Source: Amphiscolops sp. MND2022 (Eukaryota). From it: a DNA stretch of 64,000 nucleotides. This document shows, piece by piece, positions 1-13,100 of this stretch. Each line of letters opens with the position of its first letter. The stretch's first letter is position 1. The DNA lies in NCBI GenBank assembly GCA_964187785.1, contig OZ076409.1:50594001-50658000 (forward strand). The letters are read 5' to 3'. Position numbers and translations under genes: made by a program. Below the pieces are notes generated by a model. That model did no database searches and was not told the origin of the DNA. It worked only from the letters and a program-made list of their open reading frames with translations.

Positions 1-3000
1 ATCGGTCGCAGTTTGCGACTCTCAGGTGGTCCTTGCCATTGGTGCAGAATACCCGATATAGCTACACCACTAGCATCTGTGTCGAGAACAAATTCGCCTT
101 CAGTGTCAGGTTGCGCCAGAGCAGTGGCTTCCATTAGTGCCACTTTGATGCTGTTGAAGGCTCGCTGCTGCTCCTCCCCCCATAAAAATGAAGAGGCTCC
201 TCCCGTTATCGCGTGTAAAGGAGCAACTAGTTTTGCATGCCACGGGATAAAATCTCGATAGTAGTTGGCAAAACCCAAGAAACTTTGCAATTCAGTCTTG
301 GTTCGCGGGATATCCCATTCTTTCAGCTTGATGACAGCTTTTGGATCTGGCTTGATACCATCTGCAGATACTACCCGGCCCAAATATTTGATCTCCGATT
401 TCATGAAGTCACACTTGGAGACTCTCATTTTGAACCCGGCCTCACGCAGGCATTGGAATACTTCGCGTAGTCTGTCCATGTGATCCTCGATGGTCTCGGT
501 AGCAATCACAATGTCATCGATGTAGGCCATAACCATACTTCCTTCACGGTTCACTATTCTTTGTAGCGCTCGCGCTATTGCCCGTTGAAATGTTGCTGAT
601 GCGTTACACATACCAAAAGGCATACGCCGCCACTCAAATAACCCAAGTTCACAAGCGAAGGCAGTCTTTTGACGATCGGCTTTTCGGACAGGAATTTGCC
701 AGAATGCCCACGCCAAGTCAATACTAGTATAGATTTTGGCTTTGCCCAATCTGGATAGACTTTCATCGATACGTGGCAAGGGATAAGCGTCTTTGATGGT
801 CACTTCATTAAGTGGTCGAAAGTCACAACAGAATCGCAACTCACCACTCTTCTTTTTGACCATGACAATTCCACTCGCCCAAGGGGATAGGGAAGGTTGT
901 ATCATTCCCAAAGCTAGCAGGTCACGGACTTCTTGGTTAGCACGTTCTGCCTTGTCAGGCGACATTCGTCTTGCACCTTCGCGGTGAGGTACAGCCCCTG
1001 GCTCTACTTCCACCGGGTGCTTAGCGATTTTACACTTGCCAATATCGGCTTTGAATTTCATAAACAAATCATCAAATTCATTCAAAAGTTTACTAAGCGT
1101 GTCGCTGGCGGTCGATCCCCACAAACCGCGCACTTCGTCGAGTTGTGCTTCCGGGCCCGGTATCGGAGCCATTAACGCCGGATCGGTTCGTTTTTTTACT
1201 TCGCGCTCGGACAAGCCTAGTTCTGACGGTTCGGTAGAGGACAAAAACTCAAATTCAGATGAAGAACTATATTCAGAAGAAGAATCAAGGTTCATCTGTT
1301 CGTAAACTTTACAAACATAATTTGCATTTGACTGCTGAGTTTCACTTGATTGTCCGGGGACAATCTGGGGGATGGCTTTATGAACCATTGTTACGGGTAC
1401 CGCGGTTCCTAAAAGGGTGCCCTTTTTAATCCGCTGCACGTTGCTGGTAAGATTTCCTAAACTGACGTAAAGGAAGCCAGTCTCCCCCACGGTCGCCACG
1501 GTGTCCTCTAAAAAGATGGCGTTTTTTAACATTCGGTTAGATGTTTGGAAATTGATTAGCACGGTTCGAAATATGAAAGGTTCTAAGTTGTCTACAAGCA
1601 ATTTAGCGCGTAGTATTGCGCGTTCAAAAGGTTGCAACACTACGTCCTGTGCAATCGCCACCGATGAATTGAGTGATTCGTTACTTACTTGTGTGTGGGC
1701 ATGGTACCACACTGGTTCAGACGGAGCTCGGACAATGACCTTCATCGCGGTTAAATCCACCAAGACTTGATAAGCTCTTAGGAAGTTTCTGCCCAGGAGG
1801 AAGTCTTCCACTCCCATGGCGTCATCGACTACCACGAAGTTAGTTTCCAGTTCGTAGCCTCCCAATTGGAACTTGACTTTCTCCGCTAGACCAAAAGTTT
1901 TGATCGTTTTCCCATTCGCGGCATACAAGTCAATACCATAAGGTCGTAGGAGTGTCCCAGTGCGCACAGCGACTCGATTGTAGGCTGAGAAGGTGAGGAT
2001 GGACACTCCTGATCCAGTGTCTATCAGACCACGTAATGGCACGGGAGCAGCATCGGGAACCACGAATGAAACTACGAGCGACGCACGCTCATCGATTCTC
2101 GCTTCACCAGTTGGTTCTTGAGCATCAATGTTATAGCAGCGCAGCTCCTGCGGTCCTAAGCAGATTCCAGGAGGAAATGCGTCAGTAATGATAGTGGCAC
2201 CAAAACGCATGTCAACACCATCTATGCAAACTTTGACTGGAATCGGAGAATAGGCATGATACGTCGAAGTGACACCTTTTACCTGCCATTCTTCCGGTTG
2301 GGGCAGGGTCAATTGTCGGCAATTCTCGTTTGCGGCTATCTCGTCTATCAGGGCGTCTATGGTGAGTTCTGGGCGGGTTTCCCTCTCAATCGCCAGTAGT
2401 AATCGGACAGACATGATAGTGCGTCCCGAGGGATCAAAAGTAGTTGGCTCCGGGTTCGTCTGGATTTGAATCTTGCCACATGTGACGGTAAGGGGCGTTG
2501 CCACGTGAGCGGCTTCAGCAGGACGAAGCATGAGTACCATTTCACTGTCACTCATTGTTTGAGAAGCAGGTGGCTGTTCAGCCCAGAGGCTGTAGGCCAA
2601 ATCCTCATGTACTGGAACATTTTGGCATTGTGATGCAGAGTGTTCAGTCATGCCACAATTGACACAGAATACGGGGCCAGAACATGCAGAGGCCACATTA
2701 TTCTCACATAAGTTCACTCGCTCTTCAGGTGCAGCACGAGCCGCTGGTTTCCTTGCTAGGTCTCGACTTGGGCATTCCCTTGCAAAATGACCTGGTAGTC
2801 CACAGTTGAAGCATGCTCCTTGGGGAATCACTCTTACTGGTTGCTGTTGTGCAGGAGCCTGTTTTACCGATGCAGGGCCTGGTGGAGCCATCTGGGGTTT
2901 TGCCTCTCGCTGTCCTTGGTTTCGAGGTAGCACGTTTTGCGGTAGGCCTGGTGCTGGATGAACCAATTTCCCTGGCACGAAAGGGTGAGGCCTCGATCTC

Positions 3001-3248
3001 ATTGCATACCTTGGGTCGTAGGGTTTTGACGTGTTTGGGCGATGCCGTTGCAATTGTCTCGTGGTGAACCTTAGGGATTCTACAGTTGGTGGCTCGGTCA
3101 GATATGCCTCTGCAGCGTATACCACGGCCAACTCTTGTCGCAGCGTCGGGTCATTGACGCCATCTATAAAACGTTGCAGGATCTCATAACGACGCGTAGT
3201 GATAGGCTCGTCTGGGAAACCTTGGGTGCGCAGACCTTCCAATGCGTC
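1..3248 (-). CDS. pol: Rest of the single gag-pol frame of element A: knuckles, protease, RT, start of RNase H
   Basis: Manual translation in the Gag frame: CFNCGLPGHFAREC (2772-2813), CVNCGMTEHSASQC (2625-2666), LIDTGSG (DTG 2013-2021), DAYPLPRIDE, MPFGMCNA, YIDD (513-524), DTDASG near 60-85. Probably missing from the ORF track because no stop falls inside the window. Confidence 0.9.
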
Positions 3249-5303
3249 TTAGAATTGCATCCAATCCTCTTTCTCCTGTTGGACACGAGACATGAAGGTT
3301 TGCCTGACGTGCATGCGATTTCCACCGGTTCCAAATCTGCTGGCCAAGAGAGAGAATACCTTGTCGGGCTCGTCTCGTTCAGGTTCAGATTTGTTGATAA
3401 TATAATTTCTCGCCTCTCCTTCCAGGTGGTCGATGATAGCCCAGGCTCTGTCGATTTTTGGGGATTTTGCATGCACCCTTTCTAGAAATCGCTTCATCAC
3501 TGGGAGCCATCCATCGACAGAACCATCTTTAGTGCCTTTGTATACCGTAGGGCGCACCCTAGTTTGGTCTCGATTAGCAATCAGCGGTGCTAGTTCCTTG
3601 GACATGGCTTTAGATATTGCCTCGGTAAACCTGAGTTGCTCTGGTGATATAGGCGCTTCTTCGCTGATAGCTGGTGGCGGGATGCTGCTGCCTCGCGTTG
3701 AGTTGACAGAGTCATCGGTGTTCTCGGGGAGAGTCACTTCTCGGCGTCGAGTGCTGCTAGCGCATGGGTTGTCCAAGGGTAGTTCGTCGTTCGCGGTTTG
3801 GAATTCTGCAGCGGATTCTCCCAAAGTTGCATTTGCTGTTTGGAAGGTGCTAGTGACTTCGGTTAGCATGTTTGTGCGTGTGGGCTCTCGCAGGTCGCTG
3901 ATACCCATGCTTGAAGTGTCGATAGTTATCACCTCGCATGTTGGTTCTTTCTTGTGAGTTTTGGTTGTGGGTGGAATATTTTTTGTTGATACCGCAGATG
4001 GGATAAATTTCGTCGATGTTGACGCAGCTTCTCCATTTGAGACCAGAGTTTGTGGCAAGGGCGCGTACCTGGCTAAGTGTTGTTTAGAGCCAGATGGGTT
4101 TGTTGAAATCGTCACACTCTCTTTTGGCTTGAGGGAGACGCTCTTCATGGGTTTTGGCAGTGACATATCAGTGTCTTGCAGCAATTCTTTGATAGTGTTG
4201 CTTACTGGTGCGGGTTGAGGTTGGATGTTTTTCAACATAGTGCCCATTGCTTGTATTTGTGAACATACCTCTTGCAGTTGAGCTTCCATGCGCACCTCTC
4301 TTTCGGTCACCATGTCCTTTATTTCGGCCATTCGATAACCCATGGCATCCATTCGGGCTGCCTGAATTTCATGTCCTTGCGCTTGTCGCTCAGTCGATGT
4401 TCGCAGTTCAGTTTGTACGGCTTCTATCTCCTCCATTATTGACTGATGCTCTCTGTCGCACCTTGCTTTACGCTCAGATAGTTGTGAAGCAGCTTGCTTC
4501 ACGCCTATTTGGGCATCCAACAGAGCTTTGCGCGCTTTCGCTGCTTCATGTACGGCTCGATATGCTGAGGATCGGGCAGATGCGGCTTTTGATGAAGGTG
4601 AGGATGAGCGCGAGTCGCCATGAGGTCCTGTAGTGCCAGTCTGTGCCAGTAAGGCTGGAGGCCGTACTTGCTTACCTTTCCCAGATGCTCGGGGGGCCGT
4701 AGCTTCTTGAAGACGTGCCCTGGCATAATTCATACCCCCGACATAAGACATTTGTTGCAATATCTCTGCCGTGTTCGCAGTGCTCTCGCTGGCCACGCTG
4801 GGAGCTTTGGGTTGTCCAGTGGCATTCAAGCAACTCATTTCAGTTTCGTCCTCAGCGTTTGTCCTGTTGGAGTTGGGCCATGTTCCTGCTTCGTCAGTAC
4901 CGAAAGGTGTGATGGCTACTTTGGTGAGTTCTTGTAACCATTTGGACGTGTGCGCCTGACTTCCTGTTTCGTCTGCTGAACCTCCGATATCATCGGTAGT
5001 CTTGGCAACCGGCTTGGCTTGATATTCCTCCGATGCGTCGTCTGACATAGGGTCTGAAAAATCGGGTTCCATAACGAAACTGTCATCAGTTGGCCAATCT
5101 TCCTGCTTGGGGTCTGAGGTCAAGTCTGATATTGCACTGAGGTTTGTCTCGCACCCCGTTGGGTCTGGTGTTTTTGATGCTTCAGTGCATCGCGAGGTGT
5201 CCTTCCTCCCCCCTTTTGAATGATTAGAGCGTCGCTGGGTGTTTGCGCGGCCTAATGTTCTCGTTATGGAAATCCAAAGGTTACGCAAACTGCTGGGTTT
5301 CAT
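3249..5303 (-). CDS. gag: Gag of element A: long low-complexity/coiled-coil N-terminus plus capsid region, ending at an in-frame TAA
   Basis: 684-aa ORF. C-terminal RPTVYKGTKDGSVDGWL...AIIDHLEGEARNY...FGTGG is retrotransposon Gag-like. The same frame resumes after the TAA (DALEGLRTQGFP...). Confidence 0.85.
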   Translation of the reverse strand: MKPSSLRNLWISITRTLGRANTQRRSNHSKGGRKDTSRCTEASKTPDPTGCETNLSAISDLTSDPKQEDWPTDDSFVMEPDFSDPMSDDASEEYQAKPVAKTTDDIGGSADETGSQAHTSKWLQELTKVAITPFGTDEAGTWPNSNRTNAEDETEMSCLNATGQPKAPSVASESTANTAEILQQMSYVGGMNYARARLQEATAPRASGKGKQVRPPALLAQTGTTGPHGDSRSSSPSSKAASARSSAYRAVHEAAKARKALLDAQIGVKQAASQLSERKARCDREHQSIMEEIEAVQTELRTSTERQAQGHEIQAARMDAMGYRMAEIKDMVTEREVRMEAQLQEVCSQIQAMGTMLKNIQPQPAPVSNTIKELLQDTDMSLPKPMKSVSLKPKESVTISTNPSGSKQHLARYAPLPQTLVSNGEAASTSTKFIPSAVSTKNIPPTTKTHKKEPTCEVITIDTSSMGISDLREPTRTNMLTEVTSTFQTANATLGESAAEFQTANDELPLDNPCASSTRRREVTLPENTDDSVNSTRGSSIPPPAISEEAPISPEQLRFTEAISKAMSKELAPLIANRDQTRVRPTVYKGTKDGSVDGWLPVMKRFLERVHAKSPKIDRAWAIIDHLEGEARNYIINKSEPERDEPDKVFSLLASRFGTGGNRMHVRQTFMSRVQQEKEDWMQF

Positions 5304-7657
5304 GACTTCGCACGTCTCGAAAAAGTCAAAATTCGATCTAGGGGTCGTACCGGCGTGAAACTTACACAGCGCGTTGATACCGTGATGTGGGGCCGGAAAC
5401 CGTGCGTTTGGGGCTTACGGAATAGCTGACTCGCAAACAATTGGGTTTTTAGAAAATTTTTGAGTTTTTTAAATTTCTTTATAAATGATTAAGATGCCTC
5501 GAGCGCAACGTCTAATCGTCGGAAACACTTGAAAATTGGCCACCTGACCTTGTGGTAGGTATACTATACGATAGCAAAATCAAATCTAAGCTAAGGTTTT
5601 TATTTCAAGATTCAGGCTGATCCGGACGTTCGGTACCCTTAGTCATCAAACTACATCAATTTTATGCTTATTTCAAGATTGTGCTCTACTGAAAAAAGCT
5701 AGCGGGCTCAAGATTTGCAAAACAACGTAATATCTGGTACAAATGATAGAAATGAACTGCAATTCAACCTCGTTTTTCAATTAAGGTATTCGGATCACTC
5801 GGGAAAAATTTGAAAAATTACCCTCTATGCCCAACTTTTTGAGTGGTACGTTTTCTCTATTTTCTCATCAAATACCGGTTGGATTGACACAAAATTTTGT
5901 AGCTACAGTCAATGAGTGTGTACAATGCCGGTGAAACCATCAAAAGAAAGCGCGGACGCTTATTTGAGGTTTCGACCTTACTTGGACAACACTCCTAAAG
6001 AAAAACAATTTTGGACTACTTTTTTCACAAATTGGCTAAGAGGGTCACCTCAAAAAGCGGTAGGGCTGAAAAAATGGGATCTAGGTGTTGCCCCACTACT
6101 CGTAACACTAGGATAAACCCTCGATTAGATGTGCCCGTTAAGTATGAGGCACCGACAGTCCTTCAGTTTTGGATTATTTCGGTAGTTTTACAGTCCTCTA
6201 AAGTGGAAACGTTAGAGAACTTTTCTCGATTTTGGCGAAAGTTACGTTCACCAAATTTTCGACACTAGCGTTATTTTTAGTGGTGGTTATGGAAATACAA
6301 CCACTTTTTCGCTAAGGTCCAAGAATCAATGATCCGACCTTAGCTCAGAGACAGTCCGGATTTTAGGAAAATGGAGGTTTTTCAGTGTATTTTACTACTT
6401 TTCTCAGCACTGAAAAGGAATTTCGGGATGCGGTCTTCACTGCGGATTGTTAAATTTACTGAATAAACTGAAAATGATAGCCCGGGGGCTATTCTAAGCG
6501 TAGAAGTGTTCGTCAATGGTCAAGTTGGGTTTCTTCTAAGAGTACTATAGAAAAACCTTAAAATCACAGTTTTTGTAACTTTTTTCAAGAAGTAGTGGTT
6601 ATAATTACCAAAATGAGTATTGTTGGGTACCGGCAGGTGTACCCCAACCTAATTGCAACCATACGGGGATGTTTAAAAGCTTCCATACAAATTCCCCCAC
6701 AAGTTCAAAATGCTAAAATGTTCAATCTTTCAAAAACGGGTTTTCTTCCTCACAAAACTTATACTAAGTGCCTTTTTGGGCAACTTTGAGTACTTCGTCG
6801 CGTTTTTTGCGAACTCGTTAGAGTCCTGAGCTACTTTTATTTAATTTCTGCAGGTGTGTGGCTAGCACCAAGAGCGCTCGCGCTCATGTAGGTGTTTCGC
6901 CTCAAAATGGCCAAATTTGGCACTTTTCGCCGAAAATACATGAAGAAACGCACTTTTTTCGCACAAAACAGGTGCAAAAGCACACACTTAGCTACAGAAG
7001 GCTCGTAAAAACATTGGCAAATGGTCGTACACAAAATTCTGAACAACCCAAAAAATTTTTTCAACCTGACTCAAAAATATCATACAACCCGGACTGACGA
7101 GTCGTGTCTTCTCGTTCTTTTTGCTCATCACCCAGAACAGCCAGAGACAAACGGGTTGCACCATTAGACACGTCAGCATTTGTAGTACGTCTCCACCAAA
7201 TTTCATTTCTCTAGGTTGCCTGTACGGGAAATGGGATCGGTGAGTCGTATAACTCGTTTCGGCAGATTGTAAGATTCCTCTGAGTAAGGATCATCCTCTT
7301 CTCAACACTCACTTCATTGGTCATAAAATGCTGAAAAAGGCTAGAAAACACCTGTTAACACTTCTAGCAGCCTCCCAGCGGCTTGCTAGACCAATATTAT
7401 GAGTGACCCGTTAAGAGGGTAGACTATTTCAATCGTTACCTGCCAACTACTAAAAAAGCATGAAAATCACAACATACAGCGCTTTTTTACAAGATTTACC
7501 TTTATCCACCGGGGTTGAAGTCTTCAATGACACACACAGGGTAAAAACGTGGAAAAACTCTGCTTCTCTCTTCTTTCCATCAGAGTCGGGTCGTACTTGG
7601 CGTCAATCACCAGAGGGTCGGCTATTTTAAAACCATTAAGGGAAGCACTTCGAAGCG

Positions 7658-7675
7658 ATCCCTCTGTGGTCGCCA
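7658..7675 (-). promoter_or_regulatory. Primer-binding site of element A, tRNA-Arg-like
   Basis: Minus strand reads TGGCGACCACAGAGGGAT, complementary to a tRNA 3' end ...CCCTCTGTGGTCGCCA, which resembles metazoan tRNA-Arg(TCG). It lies next to the LTR. Confidence 0.75.
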
Positions 7676-7680
7676 AAAAA

Positions 7681-7986
7681 TGATGTCTCTATGTAACGAC
7701 AAGCTCTCACCATTGTCGCCGTAACCATAAGAGTTAGAGGAACACATGATATGGGTATTTGCCCGGGACAGGCGCCCATGACCATGAGCTCATTTTGCCT
7801 CTTTCGGGTAAAAACTGTCCCGTCAGAGGAGGATTCCGCTTCTTGTGAAGTGCTCGCCGGCCTGATCCAGTCTGTAATTGCTATCAGTAGTGCGCATTAC
7901 GCTTTTTCTTCGAAATCAACACTTAGATAGCCTTTAAAAAAATGCAAGTGGTGGAAAGGGAAAAATCAAGTTCCTTCGAAGTTACA
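7681..7986 (-). repeat. 5' LTR of element A (inner boundary 7681 or 7692)
   Basis: TGTAAC (7692)...GTTACA (7986) inverted ends adjacent to the PBS; similar to the sequence at 9676-10103. Confidence 0.6.
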
Positions 7987-9675
7987 CAGGAGATTGAAAT
8001 AAGTAGCTCACGAGCTGTTACAACAAGAAAATACGAAAATTACCACATAATTAGCACTTTTGAGGCAGCAATTAGCCGGGGACACAAGCACGGATGCTTG
8101 GTCAAGCTAATTGACTCATTTTTGGTAATCACAGCGTCTTGTAACGCTTCGCTGAAGAAAGCACTGGTTAGAACAAAGTTCAGTCCGTTTTGGCAGAAAT
8201 TTGAGTCTTTTTCTGACAGTGGCCGTGTTTTTCTGCAATCTTCTCGTTCGGTTGGGGTCTCTCTCGAGTCTCTTGCTCAAATCCTCTTCAATTCCGTGGA
8301 CAGGTACTTGAATAAAGACACGCTACCGTCTGGCGGAATATGACTCTTTAGTAGAGGAGATATAGTCCCTTGAACGAAATTTTCATCGAAATTTTCGAAA
8401 TCGTACACTCGATAGGTAATCGCTACAAAATGTGTAGCAATCCGATTAGTGACAGCAGTTCCGAACAATAGACATATTGTCTAAATGCTCTCCGAAAATA
8501 TTGGATATTCGAAAAAATTGCCTTCCTCACAACTTATGGCTGTTTCAACGTGCAAGCTTCAACGATCCAATTTGCAGGAGTTTGTAGAAACCATATACAT
8601 ATTAATAAAATTGAAGTTCGATCTGATAACAAAACTTCAAGTGCTAAAATCAACTCTAACCTTTTGCAATCAAAGAACTGTCTTCAAACCAAATAACTAC
8701 TAGTCTCAATTAAAAATATAACACCCTCATCTTGCCTGCGTTTGAAGTAAACACCAACAATTTGCAAAAGAAGAGCTTCATACTCAATTTTCATACATGT
8801 GAAAATAACTACATTATTGTCATCGAGAATGTTGAATTTCTTTTCGTGTTGTAATGATTAGGAATCTTAAAATTCTAGAGGGTGATAATTGGGTGAAAAA
8901 TAATTTGACAGAGGATTAAATGGGAATTTTTAAGCAGGTTTAAGTTTTGAAAGAGATGAATATCTGCTCCTTGGGCAAAAATTTATGCTAATACATGTAG
9001 CTATGCTGATCTCATTTTTGCTCAATTTTGGTTGTAGCATTTTCAACTGAATAAAACGTTCTGTTTTTAACCTTTACCAATTTTAAGAGTTTATTCCTCG
9101 TAATGCTTTCATTCGAAGCACTTTCCTTGATGAAGAGTGTAAAATAAATAGGCTAATGAAACGCCAGTTCGAAACGAGTGTTGAATGCAACAATCGTTCA
9201 CCAACCCAACTCTGCTATCACATCCTGAATTTCAACACTTAGTGTGTTTCATCAGACTTCAAAGAATAAGAGTGTAGCTGGTGATAGCTATCAAACTAGT
9301 TCGAACAAACGTAGGTTGCTTGTAAAGGTATTTGGTTCTGGAGACTCTTGATACGATTCGTAACAAGAGTCTGGGTATCAAATTGCAGAGGCTCGCTGGT
9401 GCAAGAACAAACGCGTCATTTTCAAGAGGTTTTTCTAAAAGTTTTTCATTCAGTGAAAACGTTTCACCAAACAAATCTTTTCTTTCATTTGCTATCCTAT
9501 GGCCTACATGGCACTTTAATGCAACATCAGTTCATTTGACCTGGTTCATGGTTTCCAGGATTTTTTGAGCACAAAATAGAACTAAGGGATGTATTGTAAA
9601 ATCAGAATATCGGAAAGATTGTTTCCAACACGATATTCAAAGTTCATCCAACTAACGAACATTGTTAATAATGAA

Positions 9676-10103
9676 TGTAACGGCAAGCGCTAAGCGTTTG
9701 TTACGTAACGATAGAGTGGAGGAACTGATATCATGGGTATGGTCCGGACAAACCACCATGACACCAGCTCATTTTACCTCCTAGGGGTTGCCGGTCCCGA
9801 GGAGGAGGCACCATCTTAGTGGAGGCTCTCTAGCCTGATACCAGTCTGTTACTGCTAGAAATTACGGGAATTGCACTGGGATTTGAGCATGTTTTTGACA
9901 AAGTACCTACCAGAAAAAGAGTAGAGAAAAGCTCAAAGAAGCCGCCTCGCGATACGACCGAGAAAACCGAGAGAACTACCAGACGGTATACAGTAGCCAA
10001 AACGTGCAAATCCATGGTGTTGGATTCATAGTTCGGAATCATCATTCGATGTTTTCATTTGTTTAAAAAATGCAACTTTCTTGATCAGGGAACTTGTATA
10101 ACA
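9676..10103. repeat. Solo LTR of a family related to element A
   Basis: Starts TGTAACG and ends ...TAACA. Shares blocks with 7692-7986 (ATGGGTAT, CCATGAC, AGCTCATTTT, GAGGAGG, CCAGTCTGT, AAAAAATGCAA). Flanks ATGAA/ATAGA are only an imperfect TSD. Confidence 0.55.
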
Positions 10104-13100
10104 ATAGATCAGCCAATCAATAAATTTGAATTAGTTGTTTCATGCGCAAATATTTGAAAAAGGTTTGAAATTTATAGGTTAATTGTTTCGTATTTTTAAC
10201 ACCCAAAAGAATTGTTTCACAATTTTGACACAAAAAATCTTTTGAGCTTGGAAGTTTTCCTATGATCAAAAACTCCAATTAGTAGTCACAGAACCATTCC
10301 AATAAGTGATCGAATGGAGAATGTTCTTTACTGATGACAGTTATGCTTTCACATTAATTAAAGCTTCATGTTCCAATATCATTTCCAGCTAAACTTCCTT
10401 CACAATTTTTGTCGAATTGGTGGTTGAAAATCCGAGAAAAAAGATTTTATCTACGACCGTTAAGAGGAAGATTTTAAACAGTTCCTGGCAACTCTCGCCT
10501 TCGATGCACCTCCTTCCAAATTCGATTTTTCCAAGTCAAGTGTATAGATAGAGCCTCTTGCTATCAATATTTTACAATAGCCATGTTGTGAATGCTAACG
10601 ATTCCCCCAAAAAATCGATGCCGATGAGAGTTTGTGAAATTTACTGGCGATTACAGAAACTTGACAGACAGAAAAATCGATCTTTGCTTTCTTCCGAAAA
10701 TCATACTACAGAGTATCTCGCGACTGATTGGATGGATGGCCAACAGTATATGGTGCTAGTAGTCTCTTGAGTGATCTTCTAATTTAGTCAAAGAAAAACA
10801 TGTCGTCGCAACTTAGAACGAAAAACCGATTGCTGACAGCAACTGCCATTTGTCTCTGAAAAATATCTTTTTCAACAGCATTATAATATCGTGCTGGCTG
10901 CTAAATGGCTTCCAGAATTTTAACAACGAAGCTTTCACGTACTTGAATAATATCACATGGACTTGATCCACTATTGAGCATACGTGCAGTTTTTACCCGG
11001 TTTGACAACCCTGGGCAACCCATCGGTAGCAACTCGGTTTCAAATCACGTAGCCACAGGTAGCTACCACAAAAGCCATGGCATATTTTTTGATGGCCATG
11101 GATGGACCACCAGTGACTGTCAACGGAAAGATTCACCATTTTATTCAAACCGAAAAACCATGCATATATCGAAACTATCTGCGCTTTGACTTTTTTGCTT
11201 TGACTGATTCTTACTTGCTGGTCATATCTCATATTTCATAGCTATTTTAAGGCACGCGATGACGTGTATCCTGAATGGGAACATTCGCAGTGGACAACCA
11301 GTATGCGTTCTATCTATCTAACAATCGATAAAAATTGCAACTACACTTGCAATGGACAGTAAAATTTGTTTTGAAAATTTGAAAATGGTAAAATACCAAC
11401 GCGAATGGGACCGACTCTATGCGAACGGGACAAAATAGCCGGTTTAAATTAAGAGACAAAAACGTCAATTTTGAGAATTGAACAAACAGCGAAGAGATTT
11501 ATGGAATACTTCAAAAAAGCCCATTGTCTCCTGAAACATCAAGTGCGTGCGTGCTATAATCGCAGCTAATTTACACGAACGAGAGAATCGCAGAAATGGA
11601 ATCACAGCCATGATGTTTTTCTTCAAATATAATTGAACAAAATACCATTTTTTAATATCGGATTATTTAAGTCTTCAGATAAATATAATCTAAAATGCGT
11701 CAACCTAATGATTACAAAATTGCTTCACCTAAAGGACAGCCTTAAAATTGAAAAAAAAAATGAAGGTCACATTTTCTTTTCAAATCGATTGTTTTGTTTT
11801 ACATTCAAAAACAGTTATTTTTGTCCCTATCTAGAAAACAACTTTTTGTCTAGTTCTGAAAAATGGCTTTTGTGTCTCGTCAGATTTCGGCTATTTTGTA
11901 CGTTTTCGGATATATTGAAAAAGGAAGTTTTTTGAGTTTTCAAATTGTGTATCATACAGAACCATGTTTTGTTATAAATGTTGTATTCCCACGAATAATA
12001 TATGCTCTAAAATTTTGGCTCAAGCTTTGTATTTAAAACGTAGAAGCAACAAACTCAAAATGATATAATAGATTTATATCTGAAGTTTTGGTTGTGAAGT
12101 TAGACAGGTAGTCTACGACCGAAATACGGTAGAGGTCATATTGATAGGATGAACCTTATGACATTTCCTCCTCTCTCTCTCTCTCTTTCGGGCTGTTTTC
12201 ATATTCAAAGTTCCTCGGATGGCGTCATGTCTCGTGGCATGATGCCTGCGGGCTTCTGGAGCTTCTCCGGTTGTGGGGTTCCTTTTGACCTGTAGCAATC
12301 TTACTAATTAGTCCTATCCAAAAAGTTTTTGTATGGGTATGCTACCGTATCTATTCGGTTTATTGGTGTTTCGGTCATAGCGTCTCATTTTTTCAAGTAA
12401 TTTTCTCACCCTGCGGAATTTCTCCATCCGTATTTATTTGGATGACGTCATTTTCCGGATCGGTTCGGATGCGGACATATTTCTCGTCGCTCTCGTGTGT
12501 GTCATAGCTCTTTCTGACATCTTCCGGCATTCTTCATCGGGTTCGTCATTGTCATCATCATCGTCTTTCGTATTTGAATTGGTCCTTTTCTTTTGGACTA
12601 TTCTCAGTTTCTCTCGGTAAGAACTAATGGAGCCGAAACTTATTTTTTCCGTGTCCTTTGTCACTTTGTCTTCGGTTCCTCTAATTGCGGTTTGTATTTT
12701 TTGAAATCTACCTTCTAAGGATTTTCGGTTAGAACTGTTTTCGACAAAGTTGAATGGATATCTTACCGAAACTTTCTTGTTAGAAGATTTTTGTTCCGAG
12801 GCTATCTGTTTCTCCTCATTTTGTTCTCGCCATAGTCATTTGGCATTTGGCTTGAGATTTTTTCCGTCCGCATCTCGGCCCCACATATATCGGTATATTC
12901 TGTCTACTTGGTGCTGAAACAGATAATTCTGACCAATCAGACAAATATGATTTACTGTCGGTTACAGTGTTCATAAGATCGGTTCTAGGATCCGTTCCGT
13001 GATGTAATTCGAATGGTATTTATTTAGTCCGGTTTGTGTTGTAAATCTCATCATTCTAACTTCCCATTTACTGCTTTCTGATAGGTTTCCCCGCTATTTA

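Larger units (their letters stand above)
1..7986 (-). mobile_element. Ty3/Gypsy LTR retrotransposon A, 5' part (runs off the left edge within RNase H)
   Basis: Minus-strand order: LTR, PBS, ~2.3-kb leader, gag, two CCHC knuckles, protease, RT (YIDD), RNase H (FVLDTDASG). PR-RT-RH order without integrase before RT is Gypsy-type. Confidence 0.93.

Noticed and set aside
3135..4959. Plus-strand ORFs over gag of element A, and minus-strand ORFs over gag-pol of element C
   Set aside because: Antisense shadows of real coding frames with no independent motifs.
8000..11200. Short ORF-like stretches, including MAMDGPP near 11095 that recalls a hAT C-terminus
   Set aside because: Too degraded; no second motif to confirm.
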